DNA of 64,000 nucleotides from a virus. Taxonomy: Duplodnaviria; Caudoviricetes. The stretch's first letter is position 1, and each line of letters opens with the position of its first letter. Of the stretch, positions 45,962-55,240 are shown one piece after another. The notes beneath the pieces were generated by a model, which was given only the letters and a program-made list of their open reading frames with translations, did no database searches and was not told the DNA's origin. Location of the stretch: positions 24,931 to 88,930 of IMG/VR virus record IMGVR_UViG_3300011116_001123. The stretch is one strand, 5' to 3'. Position numbers and translations under genes: made by a program.

Positions 45962-47302
45962 TTAATCCTCAGTTTTGTCCATAAATTCCAAATCCCACAT
46001 ATTAGGACCTATTGGGTCACCTTTTTCGAGTATTTTCTTCGGTACTTGTACGTTATCACATCCTTTTAGATTCAAGAACATAAGATTTGGTAAGTCAGCA
46101 ACACACTCAGGTATCGATCTCAATTCAGGATTTCGAGTAATCGCCAAGAAATTCAAATTTTTGAGTTCACATATTGACTCAGGAACTCTCGAGAATGTAA
46201 TGTTATCCGTGAGAATATTTGTTAGATTTTTGAGTTTACCTATATCTTCAGGTAAATCCACATTAATAGGATCTTTACTGTCTCTATTTTGAATTAAAAT
46301 TCTTTCCAAAGATTGAGGTAAACTTTCAACCAAATCTTCTAAACCATACAATGCTATAAACTTACCCACAGTTCCTGAAGTTAAACTTTCAATTTTCAAT
46401 TCTGTACCACCGAGTATCATACCTTTTGCAAACTCAGGTTTGAAGAAAGCTTTTAATTCTTTCATAGGACCATTCAACAAGCCTACTAATTCTTGTTGTC
46501 TGTCGTCCTTGTCCATAAATTGACCAGATGGGAAATGGAATTGATATCTTTCTTTAGGAAGACCAGTCAAAGGGCTAACATCTTTATCATTAGGATTGAA
46601 CACCACATATAAAGGACCATCTTTGATATATCTATCAAACCAGTTTGCTCCAGGAGCTGATGTACACCATCTTGTTTCCTGATTGTTTCCGCCATAAAAA
46701 CACGCGGCTTCCTTACCTACAACTCCCTTGTCCTCAATTTGTATGACTCTCCAGTTCTCACCATCATAAACCATCTTCGCCCCTGGATGGACAGGTGCAG
46801 ATTTTCTTTCAGCCTTTGTGGTTGTTGCTAGTGTTAAATCGAAATCCTTAACAGCATCATAAAGTTGATCTGGTGTCAACTTGTTGATGTCTCTCATTTC
46901 TTTAGGCAAACGTCCCTTGAATCTATCAAACTTTTTAAGGTCATCAGTGACCTTGTAAAGGTCTTCCATGAAAACATCCTTCGCTCGTTTGACATCTTTT
47001 TCATAAGTGTAGTCACCAGGGTTTGTCTCGGTTTTCGGTATCAAATAATGCTTTACTAACCATGGTACATAACTTCCAGCCTTGATTTTACTGAGTTCAT
47101 CAGGAGTAGCAGTTTCGATGTCCACATTATTTAATCTAGTTGTTGGGTCAGCCATGACCAAATCAATAAACTCTTTCTTTGAAAGTTTAGGTCTTAACCT
47201 ATTACCCTCTTTATCCGTACCAGGTTTGGTTAAAGCGTTCATCAAGACTTCGAATCTCGACTGTTCAACTATGATTGACTTTAATAACGAAGTGAATTTC
47301 AT
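45962..47302 (-). CDS. Leader-bearing protein with TRWCT domain and C-terminal leucine-rich repeats
   Basis: MKFTSLLKSIIVEQ; LPEDIGKLKNL, VPESICELKNL, IPECVADLPNL; TATTTAT 47320-47326. Confidence 0.75.
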   Translation of the reverse strand: MKFTSLLKSIIVEQSRFEVLMNALTKPGTDKEGNRLRPKLSKKEFIDLVMADPTTRLNNVDIETATPDELSKIKAGSYVPWLVKHYLIPKTETNPGDYTYEKDVKRAKDVFMEDLYKVTDDLKKFDRFKGRLPKEMRDINKLTPDQLYDAVKDFDLTLATTTKAERKSAPVHPGAKMVYDGENWRVIQIEDKGVVGKEAACFYGGNNQETRWCTSAPGANWFDRYIKDGPLYVVFNPNDKDVSPLTGLPKERYQFHFPSGQFMDKDDRQQELVGLLNGPMKELKAFFKPEFAKGMILGGTELKIESLTSGTVGKFIALYGLEDLVESLPQSLERILIQNRDSKDPINVDLPEDIGKLKNLTNILTDNITFSRVPESICELKNLNFLAITRNPELRSIPECVADLPNLMFLNLKGCDNVQVPKKILEKGDPIGPNMWDLEFMDKTED

Positions 47303-47346
47303 TTAATTTTAATTTATTAATAAATATATTGGTATGACAAAAATAA

Positions 47347-48186
47347 TTAATAATTCAATATTAACAGCTCTTCTCCCATATTTTGTTTTGTACCTTTTTT
47401 TGCCGCTGCGGCTTTAGCGAATTCTTTTTTCTCCCACGTAAATTTGTTTTCAGGAAACCAATCGTGTAGTAATTCGAAATCATAGTATGACAAACTGAAC
47501 TTACCTTTTATGTTATTCAACGAAATTGCTAATCTTTCGTGGTCATCCCTGTCAAAATCATGGTTACTATAATAGTTTTCAGTTTTCCAATAAGGTGGGT
47601 CAACATAAAAGTAAGTAGAAGGGGAATCATACTTCTCAATCACGGCTTGAAAGTCTAAATTCTCCACGTCAGTAATTTTAAGAAAATGGTCAACCCAATT
47701 TGGTTTACTCAGTTTGTCCCTGAACGCAAGATATTTCGATCGATACTTACCTTTCAAATCAATAAAATTAGAAGTTTCGGGTTTACTACCACTAAAAACT
47801 TGAGATAATACATAAACGTACTTTGCAGCAGTTAAATAATCACAGGTTCCAACTCTGAACCCTTCACCAAAAATTTCAGACTGAAAGGTGTTAAACTTTT
47901 CTTTGAGTTCGAATGAAGTATCACTTATCCCGACTTGTTGTACCTCTATCTCGTCCATCACCCGTTGAAGTTCTGATGGGTTCTGAACACACTGAAATAG
48001 ATTATAATTTAATGGATTAAAGTCATTGTAAACGACTTTCTTAAGGTTTGAGTACTTCTCCAAGTCCATATTAAAAAAACACCAGAACATACCTGAAAAT
48101 GGTTCTACATATGTTTCCATGTCTGTTGGATAAAATGGTACTATCCACTTACCTATTTTTGATTTACCTCCAATATAACTTATCAT
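47347..48186 (-). CDS. Dam-like (D12 class) DNA adenine methyltransferase
   Basis: YIGGKS, YVEPFSG, ND, YVDPPY and ELLI.NY motifs. Confidence 0.9.
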   Translation of the reverse strand: MISYIGGKSKIGKWIVPFYPTDMETYVEPFSGMFWCFFNMDLEKYSNLKKVVYNDFNPLNYNLFQCVQNPSELQRVMDEIEVQQVGISDTSFELKEKFNTFQSEIFGEGFRVGTCDYLTAAKYVYVLSQVFSGSKPETSNFIDLKGKYRSKYLAFRDKLSKPNWVDHFLKITDVENLDFQAVIEKYDSPSTYFYVDPPYWKTENYYSNHDFDRDDHERLAISLNNIKGKFSLSYYDFELLHDWFPENKFTWEKKEFAKAAAAKKGTKQNMGEELLILNY

Positions 48187-48221
48187 GACCCAATGATAAT
48201 AAAAAAATCTAACAAAGGCAA

Positions 48222-48395
48222 TTACTTATAACAATTTTTGTATGGTCGACAGGATGCTTTTTGTGTGAACCCCATTTCATCACACGGTGTTGATTGACAA
48301 TAGGATTTACTATATTTACGAGGTTTTTTATATTTTCTTTGTTCCTTCTCGTCAAGGTACATATAAAGAATTCTACGAATTTGTTCACTTAACAT
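48222..48395 (-). CDS. 57-aa leader-bearing basic Cys-rich peptide (not in ORF track)
   Basis: MLSEQIRRIL..LDE..KKPRKYSKSYC..C..MGFTQKASC..NC. Confidence 0.65.
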   Translation of the reverse strand: MLSEQIRRILYMYLDEKEQRKYKKPRKYSKSYCQSTPCDEMGFTQKASCRPYKNCYK

Positions 48396-48405
48396 ACTTA
48401 TAATT

Positions 48406-48546
48406 ATGTCAGAATGTAAAAAATGTAATCAAAAACCAACAAGTAATACTCAATATCTCACAATTGCCGCTGGTTTCTATCTATTAGGTTCATCAATTTA
48501 CGGAACCGTAAAAATAGTAGAATTGTTAATTGGATTAATTAAGTAG
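48406..48546 (+). CDS. 46-aa CxxC + TM peptide (not in ORF track)
   Basis: MSECKKC...TM; TACTTAT upstream. Confidence 0.55.
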   Translation: MSECKKCNQKPTSNTQYLTIAAGFYLLGSSIYGTVKIVELLIGLIK

Positions 48547-49453
48547 TTCTTTCAAACTTTACATTCAATTTCAAATACATATCACCACCGTTGTATCCCT
48601 TACCTCTCAACCTTAATGGTTTAGAAGTATCGAATATTTTTGGTGAGTCTATTCTCAACTCACCATCAGGATGAGGAATATTATATTTTTCCTTTTTCAA
48701 GTCTTCTAAATCCAAAAACAAATTATATATTAAATCATTGTTGAACTTTTCGAAACCATCTTTCGGTACAACCTCGATTTGAATTACCAAATCACCGTAT
48801 TCACCATTTTTGAAATCCCCCGCTCTTTCAATTTTCAAATACTGTCCACTATCAACTCCTTTCGGTATCATGAACCTTAAATCCGCAGCAGTCTGTTTGG
48901 TCCCTCTACCATCACACCCATAACACTTGTGAACTAAAGTATACCCTCTTCCTCCACAAGTTGGACAAGCAGATCTAACTTGTTGAGTCATGAATCCAGT
49001 ACCAAAAGATTTCATAAAGAATCCTTGCCCATTACAAGACACACACTTTTGTTGTTCTCCACCAGCACCACTACATATATTGCAATGAGTATCCTTCATG
49101 TATTGGATAGTCTTCTCCTCACCTCTATATGATTCAATAGGGTTGATTTGTACTCGAACAATCTTATCAGGAGCACTCTTTCGTTTTGGTTGTTGAAATC
49201 CCCCACCAAACATTTGTGAAAACATTTGTTCATAAGCGGTCCCTTGAAAAGGATTATTCCCTCTGTTGTCATACTCCGCTCTCTTATCAGGGTTACCTAA
49301 AGTTTCATATGCCTCTGCGATTTCTTTGAACTTTTCTTCACCTTGAGGATTTCTATCAGGATGATATTGTGCCGCAAGTCTTCTATACGACTTTTTTATT
49401 TCGTCCTGAGAGGCTTTCGCTTCAACTTCTAAAATTTTATAGTAATCTTTCAT
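48539..49453 (-). CDS. dnaJ: DnaJ chaperone
   Basis: HPD J-domain, four CxxCxGxG units, C-terminal domain. Confidence 0.92.
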   Translation of the reverse strand: MKDYYKILEVEAKASQDEIKKSYRRLAAQYHPDRNPQGEEKFKEIAEAYETLGNPDKRAEYDNRGNNPFQGTAYEQMFSQMFGGGFQQPKRKSAPDKIVRVQINPIESYRGEEKTIQYMKDTHCNICSGAGGEQQKCVSCNGQGFFMKSFGTGFMTQQVRSACPTCGGRGYTLVHKCYGCDGRGTKQTAADLRFMIPKGVDSGQYLKIERAGDFKNGEYGDLVIQIEVVPKDGFEKFNNDLIYNLFLDLEDLKKEKYNIPHPDGELRIDSPKIFDTSKPLRLRGKGYNGGDMYLKLNVKFERTT

Positions 49454-49455
49454 AT

Positions 49456-50100
49456 ATGGAGAACTACGTGGTGGTCTTATTCAAGAATAAAAAAAAGAAA
49501 AAAATTATAAAGAAGTTTATAACATTCTCCCGTGCAAAACAATTTTATGACAAATTAATCGAAGAATCAAATCAAGTATTATTCGAAGTTAAGGTCGAAG
49601 GTGGATCTGAATGTAGGTATGAAATTGGAATCGTTGAAATGAGTTCGAAACAATTAATACCAGTTTATATGACTGATGAGTATGGAAGAAATATTAAAGT
49701 TAAATTGGATGAGGATGGTATGACCTTATTCAAAATTAATCCTTACAAAAAAGAAGAAACAATATACGACATCAAGGAACAGAAAAAGATTACAACACAA
49801 ACCTTTCTCAAAAAATATTTGAAAGGTGACGGGTTGAAAATGATATCAGTACTTAATAATAAAATTGTACTTCAAGAAGATGAAAAGATTCATCTCTTCA
49901 CGTTAAAGTCGGAAAGTGAATCTTCAAGATTTGTCGACTGTCTTTCCTCACATTTTTTCAAAATAAAAAGGGGAGATTGTTTATTTGTAAAAGATTATTC
50001 TACCGCACAAAGAAAATCACTGTACGCACTATTAGAATCTGCAGGTATTGATAAAAAAATATTATATCGGAAATTTACGACCCTACCTCAGTCAAAATAA
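49456..50100 (+). CDS. Hypothetical protein (start moved to MENYVVV)
   Basis: Starts 2 nt from the divergent dnaJ start. Confidence 0.65.
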   Translation: MENYVVVLFKNKKKKKIIKKFITFSRAKQFYDKLIEESNQVLFEVKVEGGSECRYEIGIVEMSSKQLIPVYMTDEYGRNIKVKLDEDGMTLFKINPYKKEETIYDIKEQKKITTQTFLKKYLKGDGLKMISVLNNKIVLQEDEKIHLFTLKSESESSRFVDCLSSHFFKIKRGDCLFVKDYSTAQRKSLYALLESAGIDKKILYRKFTTLPQSK

Positions 50101-50305
50101 AATGGAATTCTGTACCTGAAATATCGATAGTAAATTGTTTGTGATGTCTGTCTATTTCTCTGAAGTGATTAATAACACTTGTATATTCTCCCTTTGGTAA
50201 CTCAAAAACTATGGTTGCCTTACCACTAAAAATTGTTTGGCATGACTCAGCAATCAATGCCAACTTTTCTAGCTCCCCAAAATTAGTATCTTTATCTTCT
50301 GCCAT
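50075..50305 (-). CDS. Hypothetical protein
   Basis: Operonic ORF. Confidence 0.6.
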   Translation of the reverse strand: MAEDKDTNFGELEKLALIAESCQTIFSGKATIVFELPKGEYTSVINHFREIDRHHKQFTIDISGTEFHFILTEVGS

Positions 50306-50463
50306 AGTGTTAATTTTTTAGGTTCTCGGAACAATTCTTCTTTTTTGATACTTCGGATTTCTTCAATATACTTTCTTTTTGTATTTTCGATTTCTTTTGA
50401 ATCTTTCAACTTTTCACTTTCCAACCATTTCAGTATCGTTTGGTTCCTGTTCGTCTTGCTCAT
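50269..50463 (-). CDS. Small basic protein
   Basis: MSKTN..KKLTLWQKIK; start moved. Confidence 0.55.
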   Translation of the reverse strand: MSKTNRNQTILKWLESEKLKDSKEIENTKRKYIEEIRSIKKEELFREPKKLTLWQKIKILILGS

Positions 50464-50887
50464 AGTTAGAATCATTTTCATCCTCGTCTAATTCGACATC
50501 TAATTCTGGTGTGTCATCACCATCATCAAAGTCAAAATATAAACTTTGAAGTTTATCTAAATCAGTTTTTTCAAACGTAGATTTCAGTCTTTCAACAGTT
50601 TCTTTAAATAACCTCTCCTTTAACTCTTTTTCTTTGTTCAACTTAATGACCTTAGATATTCTTATCATAGTCTTAGAAACTTCAGAATCATCTATGGAAG
50701 AAACAAATGAAATACCTTTAAAGTTTTGATTCTCAGCCTCGAATCCTACGATTTGACCTTCGTCAACAATACTTTTAGGTAAAGACCATTTTGTAGGAAA
50801 AACCATATCAAAACTTAAGTAAGTTTTTAATTTCCTTATCGAGTGTAAGTACTCAACAAATGGTAATAATTCTTTATAAAAACTCAT
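50414..50887 (-). CDS. Hypothetical protein with acidic tail
   Basis: 157-aa ORF. Confidence 0.7.
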   Translation of the reverse strand: MSFYKELLPFVEYLHSIRKLKTYLSFDMVFPTKWSLPKSIVDEGQIVGFEAENQNFKGISFVSSIDDSEVSKTMIRISKVIKLNKEKELKERLFKETVERLKSTFEKTDLDKLQSLYFDFDDGDDTPELDVELDEDENDSNYEQDEQEPNDTEMVGK

Positions 50888-51072
50888 GATAGATGTATGT
50901 AGGTGATAATATAACTTATTGATAATCCTAAGATTATAAGTTCCCTGTTAGAATAAACCAAAGGTTTTGGTTCTTTTTCCAACAGGGCTCCTATAAATTT
51001 TAATGCGTGTCTTAGTGACACTAATATTGTAAACACAAATATAAAAAAATATATTGTATTAATATTATGCAT
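50884..51072 (-). CDS. Small two-TM protein
   Basis: Two hydrophobic segments. Confidence 0.6.
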   Translation of the reverse strand: MHNINTIYFFIFVFTILVSLRHALKFIGALLEKEPKPLVYSNRELIILGLSISYIITYIHLS

Positions 51073-51247
51073 TTTTCTCGGTTTTGCTGTGTTCAAGAAC
51101 TTCAGTTCTGAATTGTTGAAGTAATGCTTTTAGTTCTTGTGCAGATTTTCTTGCACGGGTACCCGCACTTTTATTACCTTTATAGAATTTAGCGGCATCA
51201 ACTGACAATAGTTCAGTGAGTTCTTTAATTTGTTCTAATGTTTCCAT
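51065..51247 (-). CDS. Histone H1-like (Hc1-type) protein
   Basis: KF.KGNKSAGTRARK..ELK..R motif. Confidence 0.75.
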   Translation of the reverse strand: METLEQIKELTELLSVDAAKFYKGNKSAGTRARKSAQELKALLQQFRTEVLEHSKTEKNA

Positions 51248-51325
51248 TTTGATTTAATTAACGTTTATTGTTTATGTGATAAAAATAACTTTATTTGTCT
51301 CTGTGTAAATAGAGGATGGTTTTTT

Positions 51326-51802
51326 CTACTTAACATTTTTTTCCATCATTTTGTAAATCTCCGTGAGCATATCCAAATCTGATTTACTGAATGGTTTTGA
51401 CATGTTGAATATATCATTCAGAAATATTGGAACTGAGTCTTTGACTTTCTTTTCACTTTGATTGTAAAATGTATCCATATAAAATGATTTCAAATAGTCC
51501 TTATGTTCCCCATTCAGGGTAATGACAATATTTTCTCTCTTGAAATTTTCAATCATTTTTTCCCAACACCAGTCAAAATGAGATTTTTTATCATCTTGAG
51601 ATAAAACTATTTTAGTTTCAATCGCATTACCATTTGAATCACCCATATAGGTGTCGGTAATCACATAGTTCAATGATTTGAATATGTCACCATATAATTC
51701 AATTTTTTCATAAATCATATTGTGCACGTTGAACCAAATGACCACTTCGTCATTGGGGACTGGCTTAGCAATCCAATTAAAAAAATTCTCCATAGAGTTC
51801 AT
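51326..51802 (-). CDS. Hypothetical protein
   Basis: 158-aa ORF. Confidence 0.7.
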   Translation of the reverse strand: MNSMENFFNWIAKPVPNDEVVIWFNVHNMIYEKIELYGDIFKSLNYVITDTYMGDSNGNAIETKIVLSQDDKKSHFDWCWEKMIENFKRENIVITLNGEHKDYLKSFYMDTFYNQSEKKVKDSVPIFLNDIFNMSKPFSKSDLDMLTEIYKMMEKNVK

Positions 51803-51841
51803 CTATGGAGAATATAATACAAATCAAATAAATGTGAATTT

Positions 51842-53278
51842 TTATTGTGTTTTTCTGTTGTAACCAATAAGATTTTTCATCTTTTCCATTTCCTCAGAAA
51901 TCACTTTAGCTTTCTTCTCTTCTTTCGATTCGAGTTGATTCATTATTTTCTGTGCCTTTGCAGTAGATCCCTTCTTCAACCCACCTGATTCTTTCTTTTC
52001 TCCAGCAATATCGACAGGTTGTGGTTGTCTTTTATAAGATACATTCATTTGTTCTGCTCCGTACAAGTTTTCGTCGAAATTCTTTTTGAATCTTTCTCCA
52101 ACTTTTTCACTTCTTTTAGAAACATTACCCAAAGCTTTACCATCGGAACCTGTAACAGCATTTCCATTCTTAGAATCTCCTTTAATTTGTTTTTCAATCA
52201 TTTCATCATCAGGTTTGATTTCGTCATAGACTAAGTTAGTCATACCTGGATAAGCAAAAGCTTCAATATATTCTTCAACAGCATCTGATGGATGATATTT
52301 CTTTTCTTTATGGTCTTTTTCCATATCGTAATTACTTTGAGGGAAGTCCTCAGGGTTTTCATCATATCCTTTACCACCTGAAACCATGTCCTTCATGTAA
52401 TCTTTCATTTTTTTAACTACTTCTTTAGCATAGTCATCATTTTCTTTTTTATTGAGACCCAACACTTTATCAGTTTTTTTCAAACCTTCAGGACTCTTGT
52501 TAGAAATATTCGATTTTTCGTCTTTATCTTTTACTGATTGCTCCAACACGATTTGTTCAATTAGGTCAATCAATTCATCCTCAGTCAATTTCAAAGAAGA
52601 TTTTCTATTTTCCTTAACATTATATGTTTTTCCATCAACTTCAAAGGAATCTTTACCAGATTTCTTCGCATCTGCTAATGCTCCACTAAATGCATTTCCT
52701 TCTTCAGTCTCAGCTTCTCCCATGTCTCTTGGAGTCCTAACTCTAAATGGTTTACCGAACCTTTCTTTATACATGTCGAAGAATTTTTTACCCTCTTTAC
52801 CTGGCGCGAATAATCTTTGCTTCCCTCCATACTTAGAATCAAATGAATCGAAATCGTCAAACTCTTCTTCATCATAGTCAAAGTCAAAATCTCCAGTATA
52901 TTGTCTTTCGTCTTCGTCATAAAATCCGTGGTCATCATCGAATGAACCCATCATTTTTGGTTTACGAGTCACATGAAATTTGTCTCTTCCCATCTCCATT
53001 TCTTCATCTTCAGAATCATCTCCATCAAACTCAAAGTAAAACTCATCAACTTCTTTTTTATTCGTTTTATTATCTCTAAGTTTTTTGAAGTCCGCAGCGT
53101 CTAATTTTCCTTTAGGTTTTGCAACATCCAATTTCTTTTGACCTCCGTGTAATTCTTCGTCAATTTCAATTTCAGTCCATTCACCCATTTCTTCAGAAAT
53201 TTGTTTAACTTTATTTTCGATTTCCTCATTTAATATTTTGGAAACTAATTTGTCTATATTATTCTTGAAATCACTCAT
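51842..53278 (-). CDS. Highly charged multi-module head core/scaffold-like protein
   Basis: ILNEE, internal LKLTEDELIDLIEQIVLEQ and C-terminal ISEEMEKMKNL; TATTTAT 53294-53300. Confidence 0.65.
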   Translation of the reverse strand: MSDFKNNIDKLVSKILNEEIENKVKQISEEMGEWTEIEIDEELHGGQKKLDVAKPKGKLDAADFKKLRDNKTNKKEVDEFYFEFDGDDSEDEEMEMGRDKFHVTRKPKMMGSFDDDHGFYDEDERQYTGDFDFDYDEEEFDDFDSFDSKYGGKQRLFAPGKEGKKFFDMYKERFGKPFRVRTPRDMGEAETEEGNAFSGALADAKKSGKDSFEVDGKTYNVKENRKSSLKLTEDELIDLIEQIVLEQSVKDKDEKSNISNKSPEGLKKTDKVLGLNKKENDDYAKEVVKKMKDYMKDMVSGGKGYDENPEDFPQSNYDMEKDHKEKKYHPSDAVEEYIEAFAYPGMTNLVYDEIKPDDEMIEKQIKGDSKNGNAVTGSDGKALGNVSKRSEKVGERFKKNFDENLYGAEQMNVSYKRQPQPVDIAGEKKESGGLKKGSTAKAQKIMNQLESKEEKKAKVISEEMEKMKNLIGYNRKTQ

Positions 53279-53303
53279 TGTTTTATTTTTATAATAAATA
53301 TCT

Positions 53304-54281
53304 TTATTTGTTTCTTTTACTCTTCATTTCGTACTCATGCTCTAAAATAGTTATAATCACAGATTGGTCGATATTCAGTTTATTCGCAACATTCTTTATT
53401 GCGTCTTTGACTGATTCATTTTTACTTAGTTTGAGGGCATTGATGTCCCCTTGATTGCAGTACGGGAATTTGGTACATTTCTTTTTTACTTTAACGAATG
53501 AACCTCCCTTATACTGAGTCTTTCTGCTTGGTCCCCAATCTTTTTTACTGGTAGATTTTGCCCACATAGCTGGTGTCTCATATCCCCCTGAAGAACCTGT
53601 GGTTGTTGCCTCTTTTGCTTCAACCTTTTCCACGTCACTTTCTTTTAATTTGGGAGTCTCACTTCTACTTCTTTCCCAAAACTCATCATCTCCACCGAAC
53701 ACTGGCCCAACATATGCTCCTGATGACCCCGAACCTGTGGCTTCTTTTGGTTCTTCTTTTTTCATTCCCTTCAACTTACACATCTTCAAAAATTCATTAA
53801 CATCAACATCAATATTTTCCTTCTTGAATTGTTTAATCATCTTATGGGCAATCTGTTTTTTATTTTCGACATCTTTGACTTGATTGATGATGTCAACGAT
53901 ACCACGTACCATCTCATTATCGTTCTTACTCAATTTCAGGTCTTTAGATTCTTTTGTCTCCATTCTTTTTAATTTTGTATAATACTCGGGGTCTTCAAAC
54001 AAATGGTCCATAGCAATTTCTTTTGCTTTGGATTTGTTATCAGTATGTTCCATTTCGGTTTTAATCCCTTTACCCAACTCCTTTTCTAAAACACTCAAAT
54101 CAACTTTGTGTTTCTTTGCAATGTCTTGAAGTGTCTTACCGTCCGAGATACCACCTTCTAAATTTTCCTCTGTGAACCCTTGTTTATATTTCATATGGTC
54201 TTGTAATGTCGATGAGTTCAGACTTATCTGCGAAAACGCCTTATCTAAACTATTCTTAAATAAATCTGCTGAACTTTTCAT
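53304..54281 (-). CDS. Multi-module protein with DUF5661-like domain
   Basis: G.K.EMEHT..A.EIAMDHL.EDP.YYTKL; two KEAT..GSSG.Y repeats. Confidence 0.65.
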   Translation of the reverse strand: MKSSADLFKNSLDKAFSQISLNSSTLQDHMKYKQGFTEENLEGGISDGKTLQDIAKKHKVDLSVLEKELGKGIKTEMEHTDNKSKAKEIAMDHLFEDPEYYTKLKRMETKESKDLKLSKNDNEMVRGIVDIINQVKDVENKKQIAHKMIKQFKKENIDVDVNEFLKMCKLKGMKKEEPKEATGSGSSGAYVGPVFGGDDEFWERSRSETPKLKESDVEKVEAKEATTTGSSGGYETPAMWAKSTSKKDWGPSRKTQYKGGSFVKVKKKCTKFPYCNQGDINALKLSKNESVKDAIKNVANKLNIDQSVIITILEHEYEMKSKRNK

Positions 54282-54294
54282 TTAAACTACAATT

Positions 54295-54540
54295 TTAAGC
54301 ATTTTTAAGTCTTGGTTCCCAATAACTTCTGTTCATCCACATGAATTGATAGAATTCTCGGAACATTCTCAAAGTAATATCTTTGACTTCCCCTTCAAGC
54401 TTCCCTCTTTTTATTTCTTTTTGAATTCTGTCCATCAACTGGTCTTCAAATTGTTTGATAGTATTATTATTCATAAAAGATTTTATTTCTTTACGAATCA
54501 TAACTTCTATTTCTTTAGCTTCCGAACTTGTGAGTGCCAT
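54295..54540 (-). CDS. Hypothetical protein
   Basis: 81-aa operonic ORF. Confidence 0.65.
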   Translation of the reverse strand: MALTSSEAKEIEVMIRKEIKSFMNNNTIKQFEDQLMDRIQKEIKRGKLEGEVKDITLRMFREFYQFMWMNRSYWEPRLKNA

Positions 54541-54965
54541 TAGTTACCTATTAATAAAACTGTTGTTAATCCCAATCCCACAAAAGTACCCAACTTCCAT
54601 AAAAAAGTCTGAGCTCGTTGTCCCTTCAATTCTTTGTGTAAACTATCCGTTAATTCTTTAGATAGTTTAAGTTGTTCATCCTTTTTTCCAATGATAAACT
54701 GATTGTTTTCATCTTTTTGTGTTAAGATGGTAATGATATTATCTTTCTGTGATTCTCTCTCTTCCACTTTCTGAATCTTGAGTTTCATCAATCCCATCTC
54801 TTCTTTTAATCCATCGTATTTTAATAAATCTTGATAGACCAATCTGGCAACTCTAACACTTAATACTACTTTGGTGGTGTCTGTTGTTTCAGTTTGAATA
54901 ACGGTCTGCGAAAAGCTTTTCAAGCTCAGCATTACCAATAAAACCAACATTAATAACTTTTTCAT
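54540..54965 (-). CDS. Signal peptide + coiled coil + C-terminal TM (spanin-like)
   Basis: Start embedded in the upstream gene; in lysis block. Confidence 0.55.
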   Translation of the reverse strand: MKKLLMLVLLVMLSLKSFSQTVIQTETTDTTKVVLSVRVARLVYQDLLKYDGLKEEMGLMKLKIQKVEERESQKDNIITILTQKDENNQFIIGKKDEQLKLSKELTDSLHKELKGQRAQTFLWKLGTFVGLGLTTVLLIGN

Positions 54966-55239
54966 CAGTTTGTTCTTTAACCATGTCTATGTTGTTATCG
55001 ATTTCATGAATTTCTTTAGTAATAGAATTTACTGATTCTTTGATTACTAAAACTTTTTCATCCATCTCTTTGTTGACAGATTGAGCAGAATCAATTTCAA
55101 CTTGAATGTTCTCAATTTTTTGTTTATAGGATTTTACATCTGTTTTTATCCCATTTGTATTCAAAATATTCCATAACGCTAACACCATTACTATTACAAG
55201 TAATATATCATGTCTGTTATTGATTATTTTCTCTCTCAT
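54889..55239 (-). CDS. N-terminal TM + coiled coil (i-spanin-like)
   Basis: Topology and position near the amidase. Confidence 0.55.
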   Translation of the reverse strand: MREKIINNRHDILLVIVMVLALWNILNTNGIKTDVKSYKQKIENIQVEIDSAQSVNKEMDEKVLVIKESVNSITKEIHEIDNNIDMVKEQTDEKVINVGFIGNAELEKLFADRYSN

Positions 55240-55240
55240 C

